From NCBI RefSeq assembly GCF_006345805.1, contig NC_043012.1:5766001-5830000 (forward strand): 64,000 nt of DNA. The letters run 5' to 3'. Made by a program: the position numbers and the translations under genes. Origin of the DNA: Octopus sinensis. Its lineage: Eukaryota. The notes under the pieces were generated by a model. That model was not told the origin of the DNA. It worked only from the letters and a program-made list of their open reading frames with translations, and did no database searches. Shown here in pieces: positions 11,984 to 24,374 of this stretch (position 1 is its first letter; the number at the start of each line of letters is the position of its first letter).

Positions 11984-12850
11984 CACACACACATACATAT
12001 ATGTGTGTGTCATCATCATCATCATCCTCGTTTAAACGTCTGTTTTCTGTGCTAGCACAGGTTGGACGGTTCAACCAGTGTCTGGGAAGCCAGGAGGCTA
12101 CACCAGGCTCCAGTTTGATCTGGCAGTGTTTCTACAGCTGGATGCCCTTCCTAACGCCAACCACTTTGTGAGTGTAGTGGGTGCTTTTTACGTGCCACCG
12201 GCACAGGTTTGTGTATATATATAAAGAGGAGTATATAGGGATAAATTTTCCAGCCAGGTACCCTAATAGTTCTCAGGCATATTCCAGGTCCCAGCTAGCC
12301 ACACCAATTAGTCAGAAACATCAATGATTGCTTAGTGTTGGCAATCCTGCTGTAATTCTTTTGATGGGTAAATGCAATTTCACTACCAACTAACTTGGTA
12401 TGCTGTATAACTGTAAAATTAAAAGAAAAATTTGAAAAAAATGTATCAATCTCTGGATTCTTTGTAACTGTTTTGGATATATATATATATATGGAGAGAA
12501 AGAGAGAGAGGAAAAAAATATGTTCATGGCTGTATTTGTCGACACAGAGTTGGTCACTGTATTAGCTTTGACTATAAAGTATATCCTAATACTAACCAAC
12601 CAGACACACACACACACACACACACATAAAGAGAGAAAGAAAAATGTGTTCAAATATAGTCATATATGTCGACAATCTGCATTGGTCTCTGTAATAGTTA
12701 TTACTATAAAATATATTCAAATACTAACCAGCCACATTTGTATAGAGAAATCTATCCAAATGTTTGTATTGGTGACTATAATAGTCTGTATTGGTGACTA
12801 TAATAGTTAGTACTACAAAATACATTGAAATACTGGTTGAATGTGTAGAC
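11690..12850. repeat. Degenerate ~110-130 bp tandem repeat split by a family C SINE (12010-12205)
   Basis: Recurrent TCTG(T/C)ATTGGT(C/G)AC...ATAGTTATTACTATAAAATATATT.AAATACTAACCAG motif. Confidence 0.55.
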
Positions 12851-13183
12851 AAAAATTTTCCTTTTGTTTTCATTCATTAACTTTATAGCAATTACTGGGT
12901 TAAATATGTTTCTCATTTTATAACTGAATGGATGTAGTATTCACTGAAAATAACTTTGTTATGGCAGAATGGTTGGCATGTTGGATAAAATGCTTAGCAG
13001 CATTTCTTTTCTGGCTCTTTACTTTCTAAGTTCAAATTCTGCCTTGGTTAACTTAGCCTTTCATCCTTTTGGGGTTGATAAAATAAGTACCAGTGGTGCA
13101 TTGGGGGTTGGTGTAACTGACTTGCCTCCTCCCCTAAAATTGCTGGTCTTGTGTCAAAATTATTATTATTATTATTATCATTA

Positions 13184-13547
13184 TTATCTCTGCCTCAGTG
13201 AAGGTGGAGGTATTGTTTTCAGTCGTGTTTGTTTGTTTGTCCATGGGCAAGATATCTCAAGAACTGCTGGATAGATTCAGATGAAACTTTCAGGGGTGTT
13301 TGGCATTGTGGCTGGCATGAACTGATTAAATTTTGGGATTGACCTGGTACCAGACAAGGATTCTGGATTACTTTTCCTCTGTTTTTACTTAATTTTTGAG
13401 AGCGATTGGGTTCATTTTTGGTATTTTCATTTATGAGAGCAGTCGAGTTTATTTCAGATATTCTCATTTTAAAAATCATCTCCAGTTAATCGTTGAGAGG
13501 ACATTGGTGTTGCCTTGGCAGAGGTTTGCGCTCTCTGAGTGCTCTTG
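13184..13547 (-). mobile_element. Helentron-type non-autonomous element, family G
   Basis: Terminal hairpin CTCTGCCTCAGTGAAGGTGGAGG and subterminal CCTTGGCAGAGG; homologous to 38187-38550 and 39334-39697. Confidence 0.75.
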
Positions 13548-13559
13548 TTATTATTTGTA

Positions 13560-14390
13560 TTAAGCTGGAACAGTTGTTAGAGCGTTAGAAAAAAATGTCT
13601 AGCAGTATTTGTTCTGATCATTTACATTCTGAGTTCAAATCCCTCCAAAATTAATACTGGGATGGAATTGACTAGCTCCCACCTTCCGAAAATTGTTGGC
13701 ATTGTACCAAAGTCAGAATCAATAATTTTAGCTCTGAATTCAAATTCTGCTAAGTTCAACTTTGTCTTATACCCCTCTGAGGGTGGTAAAATAGAGTACT
13801 AATGAAGTACGCTACAGTCAATATAGTCAACTTACTCACTTCCCCGAAATTGCTGGCCATGTGCCAAAATTTGGAATCATCATCATCATCATCATCATCA
13901 TTATTACTACTACAAGGCAGTGAGCTGGCAGAATCATTAGCATATTGGGCAAAATGCTTGGTGGTATTTCGTTTGTCTTCACGTTCTGAGTTCAAATACT
14001 GCTGGGGTTGACTTTGCCTTTCATCCTTTTGGGGGGGGGGGTCGATTAAACAAGTACCAGTTACATACTGGCGTCGATGTAATCGATTTAATCCTTTCCC
14101 TCAAATTTGAGGCCTTGTGCTTCCAGTAGAAAGGATCATTATTATTAAGGAGGTGGTGAACTGGCTGACTCATTAACATAACAGATAAAATACTTCGTGA
14201 CATTTCGTCTGTGCGTACTAGTTTCACATTCTCTCAAGATTGACTTCACCATTTCTCCATTCGGCATCAGTTAAATAAGTACCAGTTGAGCACTTGGGCT
14301 GATGTAATTGATTAGTGCCCCCTTTCCCAAAATGTCAGGCTTTGTGCCTACAGTAGAAAGGAGTATTATTATTATTATTATTATTATTAT
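13560..14390 (+). mobile_element. Chain of family B SINEs and fragments
   Basis: Repeated heads and cores with (ATT)n tails. Confidence 0.75.
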
Positions 14391-16019
14391 GAGTGGTATA
14401 GATAATTAAAACAGCAGACAACCAGACTAACTATATTGCAGTATTTGTGTTGCTTTCTTCTCTTTTAACTTTCTCTTTATTTCCGGTCTATCACCCGCTC
14501 TGAAACTTGGCGGTGGCGCTAGAGGGAGGGATTAAGACCCCTACTGTGGAACCCTGATAGTTATGTTTAGGGTTAAGGTTGGTCAATAAACTATATTTCT
14601 CTTTGCCTTCCAAAACAGTGAGCCAAAAAAAGGATTCTCTACTCAGGTTTCTCTACCCTTTTTTATCTATGAACCCCTTTGATTACTATTTTATTCTGGG
14701 GGAACCCCAAAGCCATTCGATATTTAAAAATTCTTTCAAAATTCCTATTTTATTTTCCACACATTAATTTGTGTTGGTTGAACTATGTAAAATGTTAGAG
14801 AAACATAGCTGTTTCTTGCAACACATACCAATACATCTGAAACAAAATTTTTTCAGAGACCCTTAAAATACTTTTGTGGGTCTCCAATTTACTATTTTGT
14901 TCCATGGACCTCCAAAAATCTTATATGGACTCTAATTGAGAACCACTACTCTACATGGTCATTCAGCCAGCTAGAAATAACAGCTGAGGGGTTAAACAAA
15001 GACAGCCACCAAATATAATTTAATATATTTCTTCAAGGGCTTATTACTTGAAAGAAACTAAATTATTAAGCTTATGTTTCTGTATGGACTAGATGATGGC
15101 AGGATGGAAATGGGGATGAATTTTGTCTTTCATGTGACTAACAGGATGTGGAACCCAACTTGGTATTTAAGACACAACAGCCTGAAAAAAGAAAGAAGAA
15201 AAAAAGAGAAGAAAAAGCATAAACACTACAAAGTTTTTGTTTTTTTAAAAACTGGCACAAACAGTGTTTGCAACTCATTAAATCAACATATTTACACAGA
15301 ATTCAAACAGTGGAATAAATTTTTAAGCTGTGTGTTTTTGGGAAGAACTCTTTGAAAGAAAAGTTGATATTTTTTCTTTCTTTACTCAGTAGAGCACTCT
15401 GCCTGGGATGTTAGATTTCTCTTCTTCACAGCTCAAAATTTAATTCTCTGTTTGAATTATTATTTGTATTATTATTAATTTTCTTGTTTTGACTCAGAAC
15501 ATCCCGAGTTTTCTTTGGTTTCTACTGTTTTCAAATGTATTACGACCCCTTTTAGCTGCCACTTATCAACACGCAGGATTATGGTGCACATATTTTAAAA
15601 TTTGAGATCCATCATCATCATTTAACATTCGTGTTCAATGCTAGCATTGGTTGGATGGTTTAACAGAAACCAAAGTAGCCATTGACTACACTGAGCCCCA
15701 GTCTCTGCTTTGACATGGTTTTTACGGCCAGACACCCTTCCTAATGCCGATCACTTTACAGTGTGTGCTGGGTGGTTTTTTTTTTTTCCATGCCATCTGC
15801 TCTTTTGGGGTCACCATACAGTTCATGACCCACACAGGTGCTGCAAATGCAGCACCAAGAAAAACTACATAAACTGCACAGATATTACATGAACCAAGTT
15901 CACCTTGCTTACAGAGTGAGCGAATATGCCATTTAAAAAGAAACTCACGAAACAGAACTAATGTACCATTACATTCGTCTGTTGGAGTGATGAGGACCAT
16001 TTAGTCATCCTTTTGTTTA

Positions 16020-16395
16020 AAATAGAGTTGCACACCATCAACGTCACTCTCTAGCCTGTGATGATCATCTTCAATCCAGTGGCAAGGCAAGGTCAAGACA
16101 ACTGCGGATGGTGACAGATGCAGTGAATGACCAAGATGCCTTACTTCATCTTGCTCTCTGCACTCCATAATGCATCACTGCAGTTGCCTATCCCTCCATT
16201 GAACCGTTAAGGTTTTCTTCAGCAGAACCTGCTGGATCCAGTTTTCACCTGCATAAGTAAGCAAGCCTTAATATGTTAATTGACCCATAACTGAGATGCT
16301 GACAGGTGCTATTACGCTGGGCAATAGTGGCTAAGAGGTGGTTCCGCACTCCTCAAAACTCTGGAACTCTTGAACCAGGACCCCACCACCAGATG
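16020..16395 (-). mobile_element. RTE-related terminal non-coding fragment
   Basis: GAGTTGCACA...CACTCTCT...TCCAGTGGCAAGGCAAGGTCAAGACAACTG...GATGCAGTGAATGACC resembles the terminal region of vertebrate RTE elements as recalled; not verified by a search. Confidence 0.5.
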
Positions 16396-16399
16396 AGTG

Positions 16400-16690
16400 G
16401 AGGCATGTGGCTTAGTGGTTAGGGTGTTGGACTCATGATCGTAAGATTATGGTTTCAATTCCTAGGCTGGGCGACGCATTGTGTTCTTGAGCAAAACACT
16501 TCATTTCACGTTGCTCCAGTCCACTCAGCTGGCAAAAATGAGCAATGGACCAGCATCCCATTCAGGTGGGGAATTTATATGCCATGAAAGCTGGGAAACC
16601 GGCCCTTATGAGTCGGCAAGACTCAAGAAGGTAACCTTTACCTTTATCTTTAATAACAACTACCTTTACATTTACCTTTAATTACCTTTA
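16400..16690 (+). mobile_element. tRNA-derived SINE family E with (ACCTTT)n tail
   Basis: TGGCTTAGTGG A-box, GGTTTCAATTCC B-box, TTCTTGAGCAAAACACTT core, GAAACCGGCCC, tandem ACCTTT tail. Confidence 0.8.
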
Positions 16691-17134
16691 ACCCATTGCC
16701 TGCCATTGTGCCCCATTTGGGGATCTGCTAAAAAACAGTCTCACTACCAGTTGTTCGTAATATTTAAAATGAATTGCTTAAGTACATTGCATTTGAAGAG
16801 GTGTGTTTAACAATATTTAGGAGTTAAAGTTTGTCGTTATGAGCTCTGGCTGATTCTAGAGGACATTTTATGTCATAAATTGCAATTTTTGAACTACAAA
16901 AATTTGGAAAGGTTTTTTTTTTTTTTTGCATTTCCCATCTATTATATCATTCATTGATATTTCATACACATTTGCATTCATTTGATACTATAATTTAAAA
17001 AAAAAAACTAAAATGTTTATTATTGCAATTAGATAGAAAAGGATAAATATGCTTTTTTTCAGCGATTCCCATTTGGGACTTTTCGAAAAATTTATCATAA
17101 TTTCCAAACTAATTCACATGTGAAGAAAATTTAA

Positions 17135-17241
17135 ATACTAGCTATGGCGGTACATATTCTAAAATTGGAACGGTACAGAGAAGTTTAGCATGGCCTCTGC
17201 GCAAGGATGACATGCAAATTCGCGAAGTGTTCCATATTTTT
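17135..17241 (+). ncRNA. U6: Full-length U6 snRNA copy, probable pseudogene or retrocopy
   Basis: Colinear with the 107-nt U6, with about 14 differences from the human sequence by manual alignment. ACAGAGA box, AGC triad and terminal TTTTT retained; several differences are CpG-type transitions; no TATA box near -30. Confidence 0.93.
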
Positions 17242-17242
17242 A

Positions 17243-17642
17243 ATAGGCGCAGGAGTGGCTGTGTGGTAAGTAGCTTGCTTACCAACCACATGGTTCCGGG
17301 ATCAGTCCCACTGCATGGCACCTTGGGCAAGTGTCTTCTACTATAGCCTCGGGTTGACCAAAGCCTTGTGTGTGGATTTGGTAGACGGAAACTGAAAGAA
17401 GCCCATTGTATATATGTATGTGTGTGTATATGTTTGTGTGTCTGTGTTTGTCCCCCCCAACATCGCTTGACAACCGATGCTGGTGTGTTTACATCCCTGT
17501 AACTTAGTGGTTTGGCAAAAGAGACCGATAGAATAAGTACTAGGCTTACAAAGAATAAGTCCTGGGGTCGATTTGCTCAACTAAAGGTGGTGCTCCAGCA
17601 TGGCCTCAGTCAAATGACTGAAACAAGTAAAAGAGTAAAAGA
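17243..17642 (+). mobile_element. CORE-type SINE family A, full length, abutting the U6 3' end
   Basis: ATAGGCGCAGGAGTGGC head through AAACAAGTAAAAGAGTAAAAGA tail. Confidence 0.92.
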
Positions 17643-18466
17643 TTATATATTATTTTAACTCCCAAGACACCGGGCAAAGCCAAAAAATACGAATAAAAAG
17701 AATTTGGCAGTTAATGGGTGAATAACAACTAAAGGTAACTTTACCTTTAATAAAACCTTCAACATGAAATCACACACCTGTAAGCCTCAGAGTCTACCTC
17801 AGAAAGCCAAAGTAAAGTGCCAGTTTTTATGTAAACATGATTATTGTAAACATTATGATTCAAACAGCTACACCAGACACAAATAATAGTCTCTTTGTAA
17901 TAATTTACTCGTAAGTAGCCAAGTTTATATTATTATATTCGATGTACTTGTAGGAGTTATCACAGCACAACACAATAAATAACAGCTAATTCAAGTTAAT
18001 TTTGAGTTATTTGACTTGAGTTTCAATCTTGCTGTTTCTTCAAGAGTAATGCACTTGTACCTATTTATGTACACACACACACACACACACACTTACATGT
18101 AACCACATATTTTAAAAGGGTGTTATTCACGAAGAAATTGCAACAGTGAAACTTAAGTCAAACAGCCCTAACTTTCTCAGCTGTTATTTATTTTGTGTGT
18201 GTGTGTCTGCATGCTTGCATATGTGTGTGTGTGTGTGTCTGCATGCTTGCATGTATGTGTGTGTTTATCACACACACACACACACACACAGTGTTAGACA
18301 CAAGATAATTGTGATCAAAGAAAAGCTGCATCAAATATCTTTTAAGGTGGAGTTAGTCTGCTTCGTTGAAGATAGCACTGTTAAAATACAGACAAAATAT
18401 AAGTGTGTTAACGAGGAATCCATTTTTAAAATGTGTATTTTGCGTGGGTATATGTTTGTGTCTGTG

Positions 18467-18541
<75 letters not shown>

Positions 18542-18544
18542 ATA

Positions 18545-19755
18545 TATATATATATATATGTGTGTATGTGTGTTTGGGTGCATACAGGTGTATGCATATG
18601 TGTGTGTATAAATGTATGTGTATATAGGTATATTATGTATTTGTGTGTATGCATGGGTGTGTTTGTCTATGTAAGTATATACTTATAAGTATGAACACGT
18701 GTTTGCTTTTGTATATGTTCACGTATATTTATACGTATCTATATTACGCACACGACTCATTAACAACTCCTGTAATACTGTGATTAAGGAATAATCATGC
18801 AATTTCACATGTAAAAAGAAGCACTTTGCTTATTGTATTTGAAGTAATCAACCAGAGATTGCATTTTGTAGACCTACCGTTATTAGAAGTGTCTAACAAA
18901 TATGTGCACACGCAAACCCATACACATATACAGGTACATACATATACACATCTACAAATAAACATATATATACGCTCACACACACACATATATATACACA
19001 CATATACACGCACATATATATACACACACATATGTATACACACACATATGTATACATATATAATAAATACATACATACATATATATATATATATGCATAC
19101 ATATATATACACACACACACATATATACATATATATGATATGCATGTATATATATATATATATATGTGTGTATGTGTGTTTGGGTGCATACAGGTGTATG
19201 CATATGTGTGTGTATAAATGTATGTGTATATAGGTATATTATGTATTTGTGTGTATGCATGGGTGTGTTTGTCTATGTAAGTATATACTTATAAGTATGA
19301 ACACGTGTTTGCTTTTGTATATGTTCACGTATATTTATACGTATCTATATTACGCACACGACTCATTAACAACTCCTGTAATACTGTGATTAAGGAATAA
19401 TCATGCAATTTCACATGTAAAAAGAAGCACTTTGCTTATTGTATTTGAAGTAATCAACCAGAGATTGCATTTTGTAGACCTACCGTTATTAGAAGTGTCT
19501 AACAAATATGTGCACACGCAAACCCATACACATATACAGGTAACATACATATACACATCTACAAATAAACATATATATACGCTCACACACACACACATAT
19601 ATATACACACATATACACGCACATATATATACACACACATATGTATACACACACATATGTATACATATATAATAAATACATACATACATATATATATATA
19701 TATGCATACATATATATACACACACACACACATATATACATATATATGATATGCA

Positions 19756-19765
<10 letters not shown>
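18545..19765. repeat. 606-bp near-identical tandem duplication
   Basis: Anchor TTTGGGTGCATACAGG at 18573 and 19179; the unique cores are essentially identical and breakpoints lie in (TA)n/(TG)n. Confidence 0.9.
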
Positions 19766-19794
<29 letters not shown>

Positions 19795-20593
19795 GTATAT
19801 ACATACACATACATACATATACATACTAACACAAGTTTCCATTTCTGTGTTGTTTTTTTCCCTTTCTTTTTGTTTTCTTTCTTTCTTTCCGTCTTTGTTT
19901 CTTCTTCAATTGTCTCCATTTACTTCTCCTAATGACATTCTCCGATGATTCATTCAGATGCTGTTATTGATAGCAATCAATGTTTATGGCTCTATATAAC
20001 ATAGATTACAGTCAATGGCTTTTTCACACAGCTACCTTCTTCATACAATTTTCCAATTCATCATTCTTAATGGTGACCCATTTCTTGGATTGTCTTTCTC
20101 ATTTTGTACCTCCACATGTTTGTTTGTTTGTTTTAATCCTAGTCAGAACTGACTGATCATGTCTTTGATCAAATCCATTCCATCCATGACCATCTCATCC
20201 AAATTATTTTTATTGTTTAGGCACCGAGCTGGCAGAATCGTTAGCATGCTGGACAAAGTGCTAAGCAACATTTTGTCTCTCTGTATGCTCTGAGTTCAAA
20301 TTCCGCTGAGGCTCACTTTACCTTTTGGGGTCAATAAAATAAGTATCCATTGAGCTCCAGGGTTGACATAATTGACTTACCCTTCCCCCCAAATTACTGT
20401 ATCAAAATTTGGAACCATTATTATTGTTTTTGCTTCGAGATATAATTCAGTATTCAATGTAACCTTCATACTTAAGGACTTTCTCTTCTATGTTTGTTTG
20501 TGTGTTTTGCTAACGTTGTAAATGCAGTATGTTCTGGCATACAATTCTAATTTTTGCTGACCAAAGTCCCTGCCCTCAAAAAAAAAAAAAACA

Positions 20594-21010
20594 TAGACGT
20601 AGGAGTGGCTGTGTGGTTAGTTGCTTGCTTACAAACCACATTGTTCTGGGTTCAGTCCTACTGCATGGCACCTTGGGCAAGTGTCTTCTACTATTGCTTC
20701 GGGCCGACCAAAACCTTGTGAGTGGATTTGGTAGACAGAAACTGAAAGAAGCCTGTCGTATATATGTATATATATATATGTGTGTGTTTGTGTGTCTGTT
20801 TGTGTGTCTGTGTTTGTCTCCCCAACATCGCTTGACAACCGATGCTAGTGTTTTTATGTCCCCGTAACTTAGTGGTTCAGCAAAAGAGACCGATAGAATA
20901 AGTACTAGGCTTACAAACAATAAGTCCTGGGGTCGATTTGCTCGGCTAAAGGCGGTGCTCCAGCATGGCCACAGTCAAAATGACTGAAACAAGTAAAAGA
21001 GTAAAAGAGA
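20594..21010 (+). mobile_element. CORE-type SINE family A, full length
   Basis: Head, core, internal microsatellite and GTAAAAGA tail. Confidence 0.9.
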
Positions 21011-21186
21011 GAGTAAGAGGTTGACTTATACACCAAAACAACTTTGGAGGGCTGAAAATTCTATGTGAGATGCAGCAAGAGTTGGGAAGATATTGGTGAT
21101 GTTTGAATGTTAGCATTACATGTTTACACTGTATACAGTGTTGGCTTGTATGGTGGTAAATCTGGTAATATTATATTATCATTGTG

Positions 21187-21480
21187 GAAGCACATGGCTT
21201 AGTGTGTTGGATTTATGATTGCAAGATTGTGGTTTCAATTCCTGGGCCGGGCAATGCATTGTGTTCTTGAGCAAAGCACTTCATTTCACATTGCTGTGGA
21301 GGTGCATTGCTTAGTGGTTAGGGTGTTGGACTCATGATTGTAAAATTGTGGTTTCAATTCCTGGGCCGGGCAATGCATTGTGTTCTTGAGCAAGACACTT
21401 CATTCTGCATTGCTTCAGATGATTCAAATGGCAAAAATGATTAATCCTGCAATAGATTGGCATCCCATCGAAGGAGGAAT
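21187..21480 (+). mobile_element. Family E SINE with tandemly duplicated tRNA-like head
   Basis: GGTTTCAATTCCTGGGCCGGGCAATGCATTGTGTTCTTGAGCAA occurs twice, about 120 bp apart. Confidence 0.75.
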
Positions 21481-23169
21481 AGCTACACACTAGAGAAACT
21501 CTGTAATCAGCTCCATGTTCCTTAAGGGGTCCTGTGGACTAACTGCTATATTATCACTGCTCTTGTAGCTGACAACAGGAATCTTTATTTGAATTTGAGC
21601 TGCCAGAATGTTATTAAAATGTTGGACAAAATTCTTACTGGTATTTATTCTACCTTTGTACATCCTGAGTTCAAACACCACTGAGGTCAACTTTGTTTTC
21701 GATCCTTTTGGATTAGGGTTGATGTAACTCAGTTACCCCTCCCTTCAATGATGTTCTTGCTTTTTTTTAAGACAGTAGAGCGTAATTTGATGGAGATTTG
21801 GTTGTTATTTCTAGAAGACTAAAAGGACAACAGAGTTGACCTCACTGGGATTTGAACTCTCAGAACATGAAGAGCCAAAAGAAATGTCACTGAGCATTTT
21901 GTCCAACATCCTTAATGAGTCTACCAATTGGTCACCATACCATGATTTCAAATTTTGGTGCCAGGCCAGCAACTTTGAAGGGAGTGGTGTTAGTTGGTAC
22001 CATTGTCACCCCCATCTTCTCCAACTATTTGGTTAAGGCTTTATTTCATTGACTCCAGAAGGGATGAAAGCCAAGTCAGCTTTGGCAGGATTTGAACTCA
22101 GAATTTAATAGAACCAGAACCTTTTTCTTTTGTAATAATTGCTTTAAAATTTCAGTTCAGGAGAGGGAGCTAAGACATTGACCCCAGGGCTCAACTGGTA
22201 CTTATTTTATCGACTACCCCCTAAAGGACGAAAGGCAAAGCTGATGTCTGTGGAATTTGAACTCAGAACATAAAGGTGAACGAAATGCTGTGAAGCATTT
22301 TCCCCAGCATGCTAATGATTCTGCCAGCTCACCATCTTATTAATAATAATAACGATTAATAATAATTGTTATCATCATTACTATTTCCACCACCACCACC
22401 ACCATCATCACCACTACTGCTCATTTCTATGCTTTCTGTTGTCTTTATTCTGTCTTTCCCCCCTCTCCCCGCCCCTCCTACCCCACTCCCTCTCTCTTTC
22501 TCTTTCTCTTTCGAACAGATTTTTCTGGAAACATTTGATATTGTTTTTTTTTGTTTTTTTTTACTTGTTTGTTATGTAATCAATGCTATTGTATCAAGTA
22601 ATTACTCTACAATAAGACAGACAGACAGACAACACTTTCCAATATAAACACTGCAGTGTTTCAAACGCAGTTCCCAACAGGTTACACGCAGCCACTCATG
22701 CATTCACACTCACATGTTCACTGATGCACTAACAAGCACTCACTCACACACACACACACGCACACATGCATTCATTCATGCATACGCATTTTTTTTTGTT
22801 AATACTTTTTGTTGGTTTTTTAGTTCTTAATGGGGTTTTTTCTTCTTCATTTTATTGTTCTTAAGTCTTTCTTAATCCTGTTGCAAGCGTCTGGGTTTTA
22901 GATGTGTGTGTGGGTGTGTGGGTGTGTGTGTGTGTGTATGCATTTCATGTGTTTTTTTTTTGAAAATCTATTTGTGTATGCATGTGTTGCATGCTTGTAT
23001 ATGTTTGTGTCTATGTGTGTGTGTGTGTGTGTGTGTGTTTATATTCTTTGTGTTTACATGTGTGTTTTGCATGTCTGTGTCTGTATGTTTTGTTCTTGCA
23101 TGTATGCATGTGTGTGTGTGTGTGTGTGGTGTGTGTGTAATTAATCCTTTGTTTTCCTTTTTGTTTTTA

Positions 23170-23880
23170 CCCATTTAATCTCCTCTCTCTCTCTTTCTCT
23201 CTTTCTCTCTTTCTTTTTTCCCTTCCTTGCTCATTCTTCGTCTCCCTTTGCTCTTCTCTCTCCCTCCTAACTCTCCTCCTCCTGCCTTCCTCATTCTTAC
23301 CCCTTGCTCTTCCACCTCCTGTCTCTTCTCTTCACCTCACTCTTCTCTCTTCTTCACTCCCCTCCAGTCTTCTTTCTTCCTTGGCTCACCTCTCCCCTAG
23401 CTTGCTTCTCTCTCTGCCTTGCTCTCTTCTCTCCCCTAACTTGTTTTCACTCTCCCCTCTCCCTTTGCCCCACTCTTCTCTTTCCCTCTCGCTCCTCTCT
23501 CTCCCTCCTCATTCTTGTCTATTTGCTCTATCCTCACCCTCATTCTTCTTTCCCAACCTGTCCTTCCCCTTGCTCTTCTACCCTTCACCCTTGCTCTTAT
23601 TATTTTCCTTCTCCTTTTCCTATCTCCCCTTCTCTTTTCCTCTCTCCCCTTCTCTTTTTCCTCTTTCCCCTTCTCTTTTTCCTCTCTCTCCCCTTCTCTT
23701 TTCCTCTCTCCCCTTCTCTTTTTCCTCTTTCCCCTTCTCTTTTTCCTCTCTCTCCCCTTCTCTTTTTCCTCTCTCCCCTTCTTTTTCCTCTCTCCCCCTT
23801 CTTTTCCTCTCCCCCTTTCCTGTCCCCCTCTCTCCCCACTCTCCCACCCCTCCCTCCAATATATTTCTCTCACCATTTTT
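23170..23880. repeat. ~700-bp polypyrimidine/polypurine tract with internal CTTTTTCCTCTCTCCCCTT-like units
   Basis: Direct inspection. Confidence 0.9.
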
Positions 23881-24374
23881 CCTCATCTGTTTTTCCCTCA
23901 AGATACCTCACCTGGCTCTTTCTACCCAACGTGCAACAATTTTAGTTTTCTGTATAAACTGTGTCGGTGGAAGTGATATTGTTCCTAATGGTATTGCTGT
24001 TGTCGGTGTTGTTGTTCTTTTTCTTGTTGCCACTGGTGATGATGGTAGTGCTGGTGGTGGGGGTGAAAGTAGGAAAAAAATCACTTGATTGTAACCTCTT
24101 CTTCGTGTTTTTATATTCTTTAAATTCTTTAAAACAAAACAAACACCAACAATCTTTAATTCCATTTATTGAAATTGCATCTTTTGATTATTGCTGTTGT
24201 TGTTGTTATTGTGGCTGATGATGAATGTAAATAAATTTTAACATTTTGTCATGGACCTCCAACAAGTTCAGTCAGTTATGTGTCAAACATCCCCTTTGAT
24301 GTTTCTATAAAAACAGTCAGACCCCTTCTATTCTAGTATTTTATGAGTTTTGTTGTTGCTGTTGTTGTTGTTAT

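Larger units (their letters stand above)
16692..17718. mobile_element. piggyBac-like non-autonomous TIR element containing a U6 copy and a SINE
   Basis: Left TTAA|CCCATTGCCTGCCA; right TGGCAGTTAATGGG|TGAA. TIRs match at 12/14 and the TTAA target is duplicated with one mismatch. Confidence 0.55.

Noticed and set aside
22646-22661. Perfect 16-bp palindrome AAACACTGCAGTGTTT
   Set aside because: Isolated, with no supporting context; may be chance
23304-24088. Leu/Ser/Pro/Phe-rich and Arg/Glu/Lys-rich ORFs
   Set aside because: Translations of the polypyrimidine tract
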